From Pirellulales bacterium (GTDB lineage: Bacteria; Planctomycetota; Planctomycetia; Pirellulales; JAICIG01), in contig JBBDYJ010000011.1 of the NCBI GenBank assembly GCA_040901675.1, forward strand, positions 120,246-184,245: 64,000 nt of DNA. The letters run 5' to 3'. The position numbers and the translations under genes were made by a program. Position 1 is the stretch's first letter. Each line of letters opens with the position of its first letter. The notes beneath the pieces are model-generated. The model was given only the letters and a program-made list of their open reading frames with translations, ran no database searches and was not told the origin of the DNA. Shown piece after piece: positions 20,096 through 30,692 of the stretch.

Positions 20096-20507
20096 GTTCG
20101 ACTCCTCGTGGCGGGCAACGCCCGGAGCACCAGGACGCTGAACACCAACAACACGGGACTATTGCAACCGGCCCCCTTCCAGGGCGGGCATGGTACTCGT
20201 AATGCTCACAAACCAACAAGGTCGATGCGCTCACCGCCCGAGCGGCTCCACCAGGTCGGCTTTGGCACCCCTGGGTGGACGTTTTGCCCCCGCGGCCATC
20301 AGGGCCGCGGCCTTGCGCCGGGATGTCCTTGCGATTGCTTGCGGCAGGCTGATTTGCCCGCCAAGCGGGGAAAGAACGCCTCTTCGCGGCTTTATCCGCC
20401 AACTGAATTGTAGCATGCGCCCACGTCGGTCAACGGAGCGGCGCCGACTTGGGCGGCGGCGTGCCCAGCAAGACGGCCAAACTCGCAACTGCCAGCCACC
20501 GTTGTGC

Positions 20508-21854
20508 TTACTGGGGCGTCGCCTTGGCCTGCCGGCCGGCCGGTGGTGCCTGGTCGGCCGATTCCGGCTCCCCGGCCGGCTCTGCCGGTTCTGCCGCTGG
20601 CTCCTCTGCCGGTTCTGCCGCTGGCTCCTCGGCCGGTTCTGCCGCTGGCTCCTCTGCCGGCTCTGCCGCCGGCTCTGCTGCCGGCTCCTCTGCTGGTTCC
20701 GCCGCCGGTGGCTCTGCCGGTTCCGCGGGCGCTGCCTCTTCCTTCGCCGGTTCTGTTTCCGCCGCCTCGTCTGGCTTCTTCTCAACGGCTGGACCGCTTC
20801 CCGGAGGGAACGCGTCGATCCAGCCGGTCTTCCACACCTTCAACGAGTCGCTGTGGCTGCCCGTCGCCAGCAGACGCCCATCGGGCGAAAACGCCACGGC
20901 CCACACGGTGCTCTCGAAACCCGAAAGGGTCGACGACTCCTGGCGAACATCGAGGTTCCAAAGCTTGACGGTCCGGTCGTGGCTGGAAGTCGCCAGCGTT
21001 CGCCCGTCGCTCGAAGCACTGGCCGAGGTGATCCAGTTGCTATGCCCCGACAGTGTGGCCATCTCGGTGCCGGCCGCCGGGTCCCAGAGCTTGATGGTGC
21101 GGTCGTGGCTGGCCGTCGCCAGCTTGCCATCCAGCACAAAGGCCACGGCCGACACCGTCTCGGTGTGTCCTTCGAGCTTCTTAATCATCTCTCCGCTGGC
21201 GGCGTTCCAGAGCATGGCCGTCTTGTCGCCGCTGCCCGTGGCGATCGTCTGACTGTCGGCCGAGAAGACGACGCTGGTGACGGCCCCCGTATGACCTTTC
21301 AACACCAGCTTCTCGGAGGGCGGCACGGTCGTCGTGTTCCAGAGCTTGACGGTCGTGTCCTCGCTGGCGGTGGCCAGTGTCTGCCCGTCGCGGGCAAAGG
21401 CGACCGCCATGATCCAGTGCTGATGAGCCGGCAGCGAAGCCTTTTCCGCGCCTGAGCCCACGTCCCACAGCTTCAGCGTTCCATCGTATCCCGCGGTGGC
21501 CACCGTCAGCCCGTCGGGAGAGAAAGCCACGGCCCAGACGCTGGTTCCATGACCGGCATAGTTGGCCTTCTCCTGGCCGGTAGCCGTGTCCCAAAGCTTC
21601 ACCTCGCCCGGACGATACAGCAGGCTCTGCCCGCCCACGCTGGCCAGCGTGCTGCTGTCGGGCGAAAAAGCGATCGACGTCACCCAGTTGGCGTGCGCCG
21701 CCAGTGGCACGCTCTCCTGCCCCGCGGCCATGCCGCAGGCCGCCAGCGTGCAGGCCACTGCCGCAAGCTTCACTGCCGCAAACTTCACTGCCGCAAGCTT
21801 CACTGCCGTGATGACTGAGCAACGGACAGCGAATGCACAAGACGGCTTTGTCAT
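20508..21854 (-). CDS. Secreted WD40-repeat protein with Pro/Ala/Glu-rich tail
   Basis: About seven GH...FSPDG..LAT...D.T.KLWD repeats; signal-like N-terminus; EPAEEPAA tail. Confidence 0.9.
   Translation of the reverse strand: MTKPSCAFAVRCSVITAVKLAAVKFAAVKLAAVACTLAACGMAAGQESVPLAAHANWVTSIAFSPDSSTLASVGGQSLLYRPGEVKLWDTATGQEKANYAGHGTSVWAVAFSPDGLTVATAGYDGTLKLWDVGSGAEKASLPAHQHWIMAVAFARDGQTLATASEDTTVKLWNTTTVPPSEKLVLKGHTGAVTSVVFSADSQTIATGSGDKTAMLWNAASGEMIKKLEGHTETVSAVAFVLDGKLATASHDRTIKLWDPAAGTEMATLSGHSNWITSASASSDGRTLATSSHDRTVKLWNLDVRQESSTLSGFESTVWAVAFSPDGRLLATGSHSDSLKVWKTGWIDAFPPGSGPAVEKKPDEAAETEPAKEEAAPAEPAEPPAAEPAEEPAAEPAAEPAEEPAAEPAEEPAAEPAEEPAAEPAEPAGEPESADQAPPAGRQAKATPQ
20575..20730. repeat. 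Intragenic 12/24-bp tandem repeat encoding (EPAEEPAA)n
   Basis: Repeated tctgccggttctgccgctggctcc units. Confidence 0.85.
21756..21808. repeat. 15-bp tandem repeat (3.5 copies) in the WD40 signal region
   Basis: cactgccgcaa(g/a)ctt x3 plus a partial copy; encodes AVKLA AVKFA AVKLA. Confidence 0.9.
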
Positions 21855-22110
21855 GGGGAGAACCTCCAGCAGGCGTGGTGGGTGGTCAGCGGGCAAGCAG
21901 CCAAGTTGGTCCCCGGCAATTATAATCTCCCCCCGCCCGGATTTCGCCTCTCTTTGCCGGTTATCCGTTTATTCTTTGCCCTCGACGACGTCTTGGCCCC
22001 TCCCGACCGCTCCGCGGGGCTTGTGAAGCCATGTCCGCCTCATAAAATGAAATGTCTTTGTCGTGCAGGCATGATAACCACCCACTGATTTCTTGAGGAG
22101 CTGCCAGGCG

Positions 22111-22272
22111 ATGTCAGGACCGATTGTCCGTTCCGGCCCCAGTCCGGAATTCTCGAAGAATTGGGAGAGCGTGTTCGGTAAGAAACAAGCTGGAACGAAG
22201 TCGGCCGGTACCAAGAGCCGGACACAAGCCAAGAAGGCAGCCACCAAGAAGAAAAAGAAAAGCGGCAAGTAG
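22111..22272 (+). CDS. Small Lys-rich basic protein (53 aa)
   Basis: Not in ORF track. GAGGAG RBS; MSGPIVRSGPSPEFSKNWESVFGKKQAGTKSAGTKSRTQAKKAATKKKKKSGK; stop directly abuts the SDR ATG. Confidence 0.75.
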   Translation: MSGPIVRSGPSPEFSKNWESVFGKKQAGTKSAGTKSRTQAKKAATKKKKKSGK

Positions 22273-23037
22273 ATGCGGTTGCGCGACAAGTCGGCTATCG
22301 TCACCGGCGCCGGAGCCGGCATCGGGCGTGCCATCGCCGAGCTGTTTGCCCGCCAAGGGGCCGCCGTCCTCATTGCCGAGATCGATGAGGCCTCCGGTCA
22401 GGCCACGGCCGATTTGATCCAAGCGGCGGGCGGCCGGGCCGTCTTTCACCGCACCAACGTGGCCGACGAGGCCGATTGCCAAAGCATGGCCGAGGCGGCC
22501 CGCAAACACTTGGGCGGCGTGCGGATCCTGGTCAACAACGCGGCCGCCTTCGTATTCGGCACCGTGGAGCAAGCCACCCTGGCCGATTGGCAGCGCGTGC
22601 TGGCGGTGAACGTGCTGGGCCCGGCCCAGTGCGTCAAGAGCGTGCTGCCGCTGATGCGCGAGGCAGGCGGAGGCGCGGTCGTCAACATTGCCTCCGTGTC
22701 GGGCTTCATCGCCCAGCCCGCCTTCGTCCCCTACAACAGCTCGAAAGGCGCGCTGCGGCAGCTTACCCGCTGCCTGGCCATGGACCTGGCGGCCGACAAC
22801 ATCCGCGTCAATTCGATCTCGCCCGGCGAAATCCGCACCCAAGCCACCGACCGGCACGTCGAATCGCTGGGAATCGACCCGCAAGAGGCCTATGCCCGCT
22901 TCGGAGCCGCCGCGGTCTTGAAGCGAATGGGGCGGCCCGACGAAGTGGCCCAGGCGGCCTTGTTTCTGGCTTCGGACGAAGCCTCGTTCATCACCGGCGC
23001 CGAGCTGGTCGTGGACGGCGGGGCCACGCTCGATTGA
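22273..23037 (+). CDS. Short-chain dehydrogenase/reductase
   Basis: TGAGAGIG, VNNAA, YxxxK (YNSSK), ITGAELVVDGG. Confidence 0.95.
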   Translation: MRLRDKSAIVTGAGAGIGRAIAELFARQGAAVLIAEIDEASGQATADLIQAAGGRAVFHRTNVADEADCQSMAEAARKHLGGVRILVNNAAAFVFGTVEQATLADWQRVLAVNVLGPAQCVKSVLPLMREAGGGAVVNIASVSGFIAQPAFVPYNSSKGALRQLTRCLAMDLAADNIRVNSISPGEIRTQATDRHVESLGIDPQEAYARFGAAAVLKRMGRPDEVAQAALFLASDEASFITGAELVVDGGATLD

Positions 23038-23159
23038 CAATCCCGCCCAAAAGGCCAAAAGCTGCTGGCTCTGCCGGCCGCGCCAGGTTATTTTCAGCGC
23101 TGGTAGCCCGGTTGGCCGCAACGCGACATCCCTCCTTCGACCCGCCCAGGAGTCTCATC

Positions 23160-24197
23160 ATGCTCTCACGCAAGCCCATCCCCTGGTTTCTTGCCGTGCT
23201 GTTGTTCCTGGCCGCCGGCCTGGCAGCCCTGGCCTTTCGAGGCGCGGGCGCTGATATGACCCAGGCAGCCGCCGCCTTTCTCGAAGGCCTGCCCGAAGAC
23301 AAGCGGCAGCAGGCGAGCATGGAGTTCGACGACCCGGCGCGACTCGACTGGCACTTTATACCCAAGGCCCATCGCAAGGGGCTGCAGATCAAGGACATGG
23401 ACCCCGACCAGCGGAAGCGGGCCCACGCCTTGCTGGCCGCCGGGCTGAGCCACGTCGGCTACGACAAGGCGGTCGCGGTCATGAGCCTGGAGGCGATCCT
23501 GCACGAACTGGAAAAATCCCGGCAAGGCGGGGCGATCCGCGATCCAGAGCGATATTACTTCACGGTCTTCGGCAGCCCGCAAGCCGACTCTCAATGGGGT
23601 TGGAGCGTCGAGGGACACCACCTGTCGCTGAACTTCGTGGTTGATTCGGGCAAGGTCGTCTCGGTGACCCCGGCCTTTTACGGAGCCAATCCGGCGGAAG
23701 TCAAAACCGACCTGGACGTGGGACCCAAGAAGGGGACCCGCACCCTGGTCAAGGAAGAGGATCTGGCCTTCAAGCTGTTCAACTCGCTTTCGGATGAGCA
23801 GCGCGGCCAGGCCCTGATCGCCGAAAAAGCGCCCGCCGATCTGCGAGGCGCCGGCGAGCCGCAGCCGCCCGACTCGTCTCCCGAGGGATTGCCCGCCGGC
23901 CAGATGAACGACGATCAGCGGGCCGTGTTGATGGCACTCCTGGCCGCCTATACCGAGAACATGCCCCTGGAAGTGGGCCACTCGCGGATGGCCGAAGTAA
24001 AGCAGGCCGGCATCGAGAAGGTCTACTTCGCCTGGGCGGGCGCCGACAAGCCGGGCATCGGTCATTACTATCGCTTGCAAGGACCCACCTTTCTGGTCGA
24101 GTTCGTCAATACGCAGCCCGACTCGCTGGGCAATCCGGCCAATCACATCCATTCGGTCTGGCGGCAGGTCGGCGGCGATTTTGGCCTCCAGCCTTAA
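23160..24197 (+). CDS. DUF3500 family exported protein
   Basis: Signal peptide; WHFIP, WGWSVEGHHLSLNF, YYRLQGPTFLVEF, NHIHSVWR. Confidence 0.85.
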   Translation: MLSRKPIPWFLAVLLFLAAGLAALAFRGAGADMTQAAAAFLEGLPEDKRQQASMEFDDPARLDWHFIPKAHRKGLQIKDMDPDQRKRAHALLAAGLSHVGYDKAVAVMSLEAILHELEKSRQGGAIRDPERYYFTVFGSPQADSQWGWSVEGHHLSLNFVVDSGKVVSVTPAFYGANPAEVKTDLDVGPKKGTRTLVKEEDLAFKLFNSLSDEQRGQALIAEKAPADLRGAGEPQPPDSSPEGLPAGQMNDDQRAVLMALLAAYTENMPLEVGHSRMAEVKQAGIEKVYFAWAGADKPGIGHYYRLQGPTFLVEFVNTQPDSLGNPANHIHSVWRQVGGDFGLQP

Positions 24198-24207
24198 GGA
24201 CTGGCCG

Positions 24208-24921
24208 ATGCTGATCCGAGCCGGCTCGCCAGGGCCGCACCGCTTCGCGGCGGGCGCCGCCTTGCTGCTGGCATTTGTCGCGGGCGGACTTGCCGGTTGC
24301 CGGCAGCACGCACCGTCGCCCTCCGCGGGTCCTGTGGGCGGCCCCTCCGCTCGCCAGCGGATTTCGGAATCGGCGGCCCAGGTCGCCAGCGGCGCAACGC
24401 GGAAAATCGAATTGGACGACGTCGAGGTCGGCGACGACGACCTGAAGGCCTTGGGCGATATGCCGGCGCTTGTCGAGCTGAGGCTGCCAAAGTCGCGGAT
24501 CACCGATCGCGGGCTGGCCCACCTCGCCGCGCTGGTCGAACTCGAAAGGCTGGTGTTGGGCGAAACGACGGTCACGGATGCGGGCCTCCAACGGCTCGGC
24601 AAGCTGTCGCGGCTCAAGACCATCAATTTCCAGACCAGCCACGTCACCGACGAAGGCCTGGCCCACCTGGCCCCTCTGGCCGATCTGGAGCTGCTCCGCT
24701 TGGGCAGCAGCCGCATCCGCGGCCCAGGCCTGGCTCATCTCCGAAAGCTGCCGCGGCTAAAGTTTCTGATCCTGAACAGCGCGCCTTTGGACGACGCCGG
24801 CCTGGCCCACCTGGCCGGCTGGCAGCAGCTCGAGTCGCTCTATGTCGAGCGCACGAAGGTCACCGACCAAGGCGCCTCCGAGCTGCTCGATTCGTGCCCG
24901 AAGCTGCACCTGCATTGGTAG
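24208..24921 (+). CDS. Leucine-rich repeat lipoprotein
   Basis: Lipobox LAGC; VTDxGLAHL repeats. Confidence 0.85.
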   Translation: MLIRAGSPGPHRFAAGAALLLAFVAGGLAGCRQHAPSPSAGPVGGPSARQRISESAAQVASGATRKIELDDVEVGDDDLKALGDMPALVELRLPKSRITDRGLAHLAALVELERLVLGETTVTDAGLQRLGKLSRLKTINFQTSHVTDEGLAHLAPLADLELLRLGSSRIRGPGLAHLRKLPRLKFLILNSAPLDDAGLAHLAGWQQLESLYVERTKVTDQGASELLDSCPKLHLHW

Positions 24922-25350
24922 TCACTCGTCGAGCTCGTCGAGCCAGCGCTCGATCCGCTCGTCGATCTGGTCGCGGACCGAGCGGAATTTTTCCAGCCGC
25001 TGCTGTTCGCTTCCCTGGGCGGCAGCCGGATCGTCAAACGGCCAGAACATCCTGTTCAACACGCCGGGCCAGACCGTGGGGCAGCTTCTGTCCGCGTCCT
25101 GGCAAACAACGATCAGGTGCCTGACCGGTATCTGCCCCAGCAGCTCCTTGACCCCCTTGGATCGCTGGCTACTGATGTCCAAGCCGATTTCGTTCAGCAC
25201 GCGGGTCGTCAGGGGGTTGATCCCCTTGGGCTCGGTACCCGCGCTGTACACGTCGAACCGGTCGCCCGCGCGCTTCCGCAGCAGTGCTTCGCCCATCTGG
25301 CTGCGGGCCGAGTTGCCCGTGCACAGAAACAAAACGCCCGGTTTGCTCAT
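24922..25350 (-). CDS. arsC: Arsenate reductase ArsC (LMW-PTP fold, thioredoxin type)
   Basis: CTGNSARSQM P-loop, VCQDADRSCP, WPFDDPA, FRSVRDQI; downstream of arsM. Confidence 0.88.
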   Translation of the reverse strand: MSKPGVLFLCTGNSARSQMGEALLRKRAGDRFDVYSAGTEPKGINPLTTRVLNEIGLDISSQRSKGVKELLGQIPVRHLIVVCQDADRSCPTVWPGVLNRMFWPFDDPAAAQGSEQQRLEKFRSVRDQIDERIERWLDELDE

Positions 25351-25426
25351 GGCATCGCCTCGTAGAACGGAATTTCATTCCGTTTCTTTACGTAATTCCG
25401 GAAGCCCGGCTGCACCACACGGACTG

Positions 25427-26326
25427 CTAGCGCGCACCCTTCAAAGCGAATACCCGCACGCTGGCCGCATAGTCGTTGATGTCGTACTTCTGCAACAGTT
25501 CCGCCAGGACCTGGTGTACCTCGGCATCCGCCGGCCCGGCATCCGCCAGCGAGCAGCAACTCGACACCGGCAAGAGCGGATCGGCCATGGCCGGCGAGCA
25601 ACACCCCTCCTGGCCGGCTATCTGCGAGTAGGCATTCAGGTCCTTTTGGGCGTCCAGCACCTCAACTGCCTCAAAGCCGGCCTGCCGGAGCATCCGCTCG
25701 TATTCCTGGATGGCGATGGCTCCGGCGATGCAGCCCACGTAGGCCATCACGTCGCTGGCAATCTCTTCGGGCAGCGGCCGCTTCAGAGCAATGTCGCTCG
25801 CCGCCAACCGCCCGCCCGGCTTGAGCACGCGGTATATCTCGCGGAAGGCGACCGCCTTGTCCGGCACCAGGTTCAGCACGCAATTGCTGATCATGCAGTC
25901 GACTGTGCCGGACTCCAAAGGCAGCCGGTCGATCGTCGCCAGGTGAAACTCGACGTTGTCGAGCACCTGGCCCTGCACCGGCCGGCCCGCGTTGCGGCGG
26001 GCCAGCTCGATCATGTCCGGCGTCATGTCGATGCCAATCGATCTTCCTTGCGGGCCGACCTTCAACGCGGCCAGCAGCACGTCGAGCCCTCCCCCGCAGC
26101 CCAAATCGACCACGGTCTCCCCCGGACGCAGGCTGGCGAAGGCCGTCGGGTTCCCGCACGACAAACCCATGTTGGCCTCGGCCGGCAGCGACGCCAGCTC
26201 TTCGCGGCTGTAGCCGAAGGCCTCGGCGACCGAGCGCACGGCTGCCTGGTCGCCCGACAGGCCGCTGGCGGCCACTGCCGAATACTTGTTTCGCACCACG
26301 TCGACGATAGCGTCCGCCATTGCCAT
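25427..26326 (-). CDS. arsM: Arsenite S-adenosylmethionine methyltransferase
   Basis: [34 protein letters not shown]-terminal CC pairs. Confidence 0.92.
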   Translation of the reverse strand: MAMADAIVDVVRNKYSAVAASGLSGDQAAVRSVAEAFGYSREELASLPAEANMGLSCGNPTAFASLRPGETVVDLGCGGGLDVLLAALKVGPQGRSIGIDMTPDMIELARRNAGRPVQGQVLDNVEFHLATIDRLPLESGTVDCMISNCVLNLVPDKAVAFREIYRVLKPGGRLAASDIALKRPLPEEIASDVMAYVGCIAGAIAIQEYERMLRQAGFEAVEVLDAQKDLNAYSQIAGQEGCCSPAMADPLLPVSSCCSLADAGPADAEVHQVLAELLQKYDINDYAASVRVFALKGAR

Positions 26327-26506
26327 GTGCCTTTCTGATTCGCGTCGCCCGTGGAAATATACGAAAGCCCCCCGCGGCGGTCCAGCCAGCCGTTTATTGC
26401 GCGCAATTTCTCATCCATTCCAAACCTGGTCCTCACAGTCGCCGGCTAGCATGAGCAACGGATTGTCACCACCGATCGGGAAACCCTTGGCTTATGAGGC
26501 GGTTCG

Positions 26507-27226
26507 ATGCGCGTCACGCAACAGGAAGAGTTTCAATACCTTCCGATCGAGTGCCCTAAGTGCCGGCTGGAAGGCAAGGTCAAGATCCGGCGTCTCGATC
26601 GCACGTTTGCCTGCAAGAAGTGCAAAAGCGAGTTCTACGTCGCCCCCGACGGGGTGGTGTTGGGCGAGCGGCCGCCGGAGCCAGTCTACAACCCGTACCT
26701 GGTCGGCGCTCCCCAGCGGCGCTCGTGGCTGGTCAGACGCGTGGAGAGCCTGCCCCGGGCGGTATGGCTTTCGCTGGCAGGCCTGGCGGCCGTTGGGGCC
26801 GCCTCCGCCGCCGCCTGGCTGCTGCTGCAGGGCCCTGAAATTGAAGTACCCGAATCGCTCGACGGCCGGGCTCGCTTCGTGGCCGAGGCGCTGGCGCGCG
26901 GCGACGAAGCACGGATCGTCATGGTGGCCGCTCCCGAGAGCCGCCGCCAGGCAATCGAGTGGTGCCGCACACGCCGTCCCAATGCCTGGTCGACGCAGGT
27001 CGCCATCGATACCCCAATCGACGTCGGCGTGGAGACATTATTCAAGAGCTCCGGGACCAAGGCGCCTGGGGGCGGCGCCGAGGCGGCTGTCGGCGACGCC
27101 GGGATCGTGGTCAGCATTCGGCCGGCCGGCGCCAAGCAGGCCGTCCAGCGCATGCTGTTTTGGGTGCAAGACGACGACCTGCAGTGGCTGCTGGACGGCA
27201 AGCGCACGCTCGAACAAGGCCGATGA
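26507..27226 (+). CDS. Hypothetical protein: N-terminal zinc ribbon, single TM, extracytoplasmic domain
   Basis: CPKC...CKKC, then hydrophobic helix AVWLSLAGLAAVGAASAAAWLLL. Confidence 0.75.
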   Translation: MRVTQQEEFQYLPIECPKCRLEGKVKIRRLDRTFACKKCKSEFYVAPDGVVLGERPPEPVYNPYLVGAPQRRSWLVRRVESLPRAVWLSLAGLAAVGAASAAAWLLLQGPEIEVPESLDGRARFVAEALARGDEARIVMVAAPESRRQAIEWCRTRRPNAWSTQVAIDTPIDVGVETLFKSSGTKAPGGGAEAAVGDAGIVVSIRPAGAKQAVQRMLFWVQDDDLQWLLDGKRTLEQGR

Positions 27227-27265
27227 GCGCCTTCAGCGGCGCGGTGTCGCTCGTTTCGGGCTGCT

Positions 27266-27766
27266 TCAATTGCCCGATGTCCGCCGGTTCTCGTTTAGGC
27301 TGTTCTCCGCATCCCTGCTGCGCCTTTGGGCGTTCGCGGAGGTACGCGCCCGATTCCCTGGGCCCATGCGCAGGTCGAGGCACACGAGTTTCTCCTCGTC
27401 TCGGAGGTATAGCCGTCCGCGGGAAAGCGCCGGCGATGCATAGCAAGGGCCTCTCAGCAATGGTTCCGGCGTCGAGGAAGCCAGCCTGGCCTCTTGCGGG
27501 TTGATTTCCACGCAGGCCAGATGGCCTGGTTCCGTGAGCATGATGAATCGGCCCTCGGCGGCCACAAACGGCGCCGCCCGGCCAAACTCGCCCTCCATTT
27601 TCCAACGCAGTTCGCCGGAGCGGATGTCGAGGCAGCGAAACGTCCGGTCGCTGCTCGAGAAGCCGTAGAGGTGGCCGTCAATCACCGCCATGTTGGCATA
27701 CTGACTGCCCAGCACTGCAAGCGACAAAGGACTTCCCTGACGGATTCCTAACACGATTCTCATCAT
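27266..27766 (-). pseudogene. C-terminal fragment of a PQQ-like/BamB beta-propeller protein
   Basis: DGHLYGF..FRCLDIRSGELRWK..AEGRFIML..YASPALSRGRLYLRDEEKLVCLDLR matches only the last blades; no signal peptide or N-terminal blades. Confidence 0.65.
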
Positions 27767-27892
27767 CGGCGCATCAAATCCTAAGAATCGCCTGCCACAA
27801 TCCGGCAGGTCACCGGCGCGGGCGAATGCGAAAACGCGTGGGCCCGTACCGGCGGCAACAGAAAACAACCTGTTCAACAAAAGGGGGCGCAG

Positions 27893-29062
27893 ATGACAGG
27901 TGCATGCCTTACCGCCAGAACGGCCCGACCCGCCGCCACGCCGCCAGTCATCGGTCGCGGGGCCTTCACCCTCGTGGAGTTGCTGGTCGTCATCTCGGTC
28001 ATCGGAGTTCTGGTGGCCATCCTGATGCCCGTCTTGGCTCGTGCCCGTGAGTCGGCCCGCGACAACGTCTGCAAGAGCAACCTGCGGCAGTTCGGCATCG
28101 GTCTGACGGCGCACGCCGAATCCCGCGGCCTGCTCTGCTCGGGTGCCTTCGATTGGCGGCGCGACGGCTGTGCCACCGAGGTCGGCTGGGTGGCCGACCT
28201 GGTCAACCGAGGCACCAAGGTCGGCGATATGCTCTGCCCGGCCAATAGCGTCAAGCTGAGCGAGACGTACAACGACTTGTTGAATCTCGACCCCAGCTTC
28301 GATGCCTGCGTCGACCGCCTGGGCAGCCCGGCCGGCGTCTATCCGGACGGCACGCCCAAGATCAACGCCTGCCGCCAGATCGCCGGCATGGCCCCCGGTG
28401 AGCCGCGCCGCCAGATCGTCGAGACGTTGATCTTCGAAAAGGGGTTCAACACCAACTACACGGCCGGCTGGTTTCTGGTCCGCGGCGGCGTGCGCCTCGA
28501 TAGCAACGGCAACCTGAAGGGACAGCCTGGTTGCCCCGTCTCGCTCAAGGAGCGCACCTCGACGCTCGGCCCGCTGCACACCGCGCGGATCGGCGGCATC
28601 GCGGCGGCCTCGACCTCCCAGGTGCCGCTGTTGGGCTGCGCCCAGGCAGTCAACGCGGCCGAGGGGACTCTCTCGTTCGACGTCGGGCCCTACCCGGCGG
28701 GCTCGCGGTTAGCCGCCTCGTTCACCGCAGGGCCGGTGCTCAACACGACCATGCAAGCGCCCGTCTTTCCGCCCGGCACGACCTATGAGGGGCCGGCGGG
28801 TTGGTGGGCCGGCTGGAAGAAGACTTTGCAGGACTACCGCAGCTTCGGCCCCGCGCACGGCCGGAGCGCGAATGTTCTGTTCGCCGACGGCAGCGTTCGA
28901 TCGTTCGCCGATGCAAACGGCGACGGCTTTTTGAACAACGGCTTCGATCCGGCCGCCACCGCCTTAAGAATCGGCTACACCGATGCGGAGCTGGAAGTGA
29001 AAGCCAACGATTTCTTCAGCGGCTGGTCGTTGAACCCGGAACAGGTCAAGGCAGAACCTTGA
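27893..29062 (+). CDS. DUF1559 / prepilin-type N-methylation domain protein with H-X9-DG motif
   Basis: [45 protein letters not shown]. Confidence 0.9.
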   Translation: MTGACLTARTARPAATPPVIGRGAFTLVELLVVISVIGVLVAILMPVLARARESARDNVCKSNLRQFGIGLTAHAESRGLLCSGAFDWRRDGCATEVGWVADLVNRGTKVGDMLCPANSVKLSETYNDLLNLDPSFDACVDRLGSPAGVYPDGTPKINACRQIAGMAPGEPRRQIVETLIFEKGFNTNYTAGWFLVRGGVRLDSNGNLKGQPGCPVSLKERTSTLGPLHTARIGGIAAASTSQVPLLGCAQAVNAAEGTLSFDVGPYPAGSRLAASFTAGPVLNTTMQAPVFPPGTTYEGPAGWWAGWKKTLQDYRSFGPAHGRSANVLFADGSVRSFADANGDGFLNNGFDPAATALRIGYTDAELEVKANDFFSGWSLNPEQVKAEP

Positions 29063-29318
29063 GATTCACGCAATCCTTATCGTGCACTCATCAGCGTCTC
29101 GCATGGGCGCGTTAGAAGAAAGCGCCCTCGGACCAATCCAGTCGTACCACGCCACACGGAAAACAGGAAAGGAGCAGCCCATAGCGAATCGATAGGACAA
29201 CGGATGTCGCCAAGCTGTGCGACCGAGACAACCCGCAGTGCGGCCAGCTTGTGCTCGAAGGGGGCCGCGAACGTGAAGAGCGAGTCACTGACCCATTTTT
29301 TTCCAAGAGAGAGAACCG

Positions 29319-30560
29319 ATGAAAAAAAGGACCGTCCGTCGCGCGGCGCCCAAGCGCCGCGGTTTCACCTTGGTGGAGTTGCTGGTGGTGATCACCGTCA
29401 TCGCCATCCTCGTGGCCATCTTGATGCCCGCCTTGGCCGCGGCCCGCGAAGCGGCCCGCAGCACCACCTGCAAGAGCAACCTGCGGCAGTTCTACCTCGG
29501 CCTGCAGATTCATGCCGACAAGGATCCGCTCGGCCGGTTTACTTCCGGCGCCTTCGACGGCGGCCGCGACGGCTGCCTCGACACCGTCGGCTGGGTGGCC
29601 GACCTCGTCAACACGGGAGTCTGCAAGCCTCAGGAATTGTTGTGCCCGTCGAATTCCGCCAAGGGCTCCGAAAAAGTCAACGACTACCTGGGCACCACGA
29701 CTATCGCCCCGGGCGAAGGTGGCGACCCGAACCTCGTGCAGAACGTGGGCGCTTGCCCCCTGATCTTCTCCGATCCCGGCCCTGGCCGCCCGGCCCTGAT
29801 CGTCCAGCACTTCCTGGAAAAGGGTTACGGGACGAACTACATGACCACCTGGCATCTGTCGCGCGGCGGCGTCAAGCTGAGCAGCGTCGGCACGCCTCCC
29901 GATGTCAGCCTCGTGTTCGTTGCCGGAACGAAGCAGAAGGGTCGTGCGGGGACGACCGGTCCGTTGACCCGCTCGACGACCGATACCTCGGCGCATAGCT
30001 CGTCGGTGGTCGCCATCATGGGCGACTCGAACTTCGGCGATGTGAAAGAGGCGATCCTCAAGGCCGACTTGCCCGGCTTCATGCCGGCGGGCCACCGCTT
30101 GACGGAGTCGTTCAACGATGGCCCCTGCTATCGCGTGGCCGAGGTCAACAAGCTGACCGCCTGGCAGACCGCCACCGGCGACACCGAGGTGTACGTCGTC
30201 ACCGGCGGCGTCGTGACGGCCAACATCTTCCTGGAAGAACAAGGCACGAGCACGGTACCCAAGATGAATCCATTGAACCACATGCAGGACTGGCGCGACA
30301 TCGGTCCGATCCATGGCAGCGGCAAGGGCGGCTCGGCCAACATGCTGTTCGCCGACGGGAGCGTGAAGAGCTTCACCGACCAGAATGCCGATGGTTATCT
30401 CAACCCGGGCTTCGACATCCACACCAACAACCCGCCCGGACCCACGACCGACTACTCCGGCACCGGTTATACCGACAACCTGCAGGAGCTGCCCTCAGCA
30501 GAGATCTTCAACGGCATCTTTCTGGAGAAAATGTCGTCGAAGGACAACCTCGACATCTAG
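29319..30560 (+). CDS. DUF1559 / prepilin-type protein, paralogue of the upstream gene
   Basis: [50 protein letters not shown]. Confidence 0.9.
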   Translation: MKKRTVRRAAPKRRGFTLVELLVVITVIAILVAILMPALAAAREAARSTTCKSNLRQFYLGLQIHADKDPLGRFTSGAFDGGRDGCLDTVGWVADLVNTGVCKPQELLCPSNSAKGSEKVNDYLGTTTIAPGEGGDPNLVQNVGACPLIFSDPGPGRPALIVQHFLEKGYGTNYMTTWHLSRGGVKLSSVGTPPDVSLVFVAGTKQKGRAGTTGPLTRSTTDTSAHSSSVVAIMGDSNFGDVKEAILKADLPGFMPAGHRLTESFNDGPCYRVAEVNKLTAWQTATGDTEVYVVTGGVVTANIFLEEQGTSTVPKMNPLNHMQDWRDIGPIHGSGKGGSANMLFADGSVKSFTDQNADGYLNPGFDIHTNNPPGPTTDYSGTGYTDNLQELPSAEIFNGIFLEKMSSKDNLDI

Positions 30561-30692
30561 TGTCGGCAACTATTGTCGGCCAGCCGGCGCGTGCCGGCCT
30601 GGCCCGGGGCAGAAAAACCGATGCGTTCTGCCGTCCCGGAGCAAGCTCGGCTTGCTCCGGGACGGGCCTTTTTCCAAAAGGGAGGCAATCCT

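Noticed and set aside
22476..23159. Apparent 573-aa fusion upstream of DUF3500
   Set aside because: Low-complexity Arg/Pro/Gly frame overlapping the SDR gene; the signal peptide starts at 23160.
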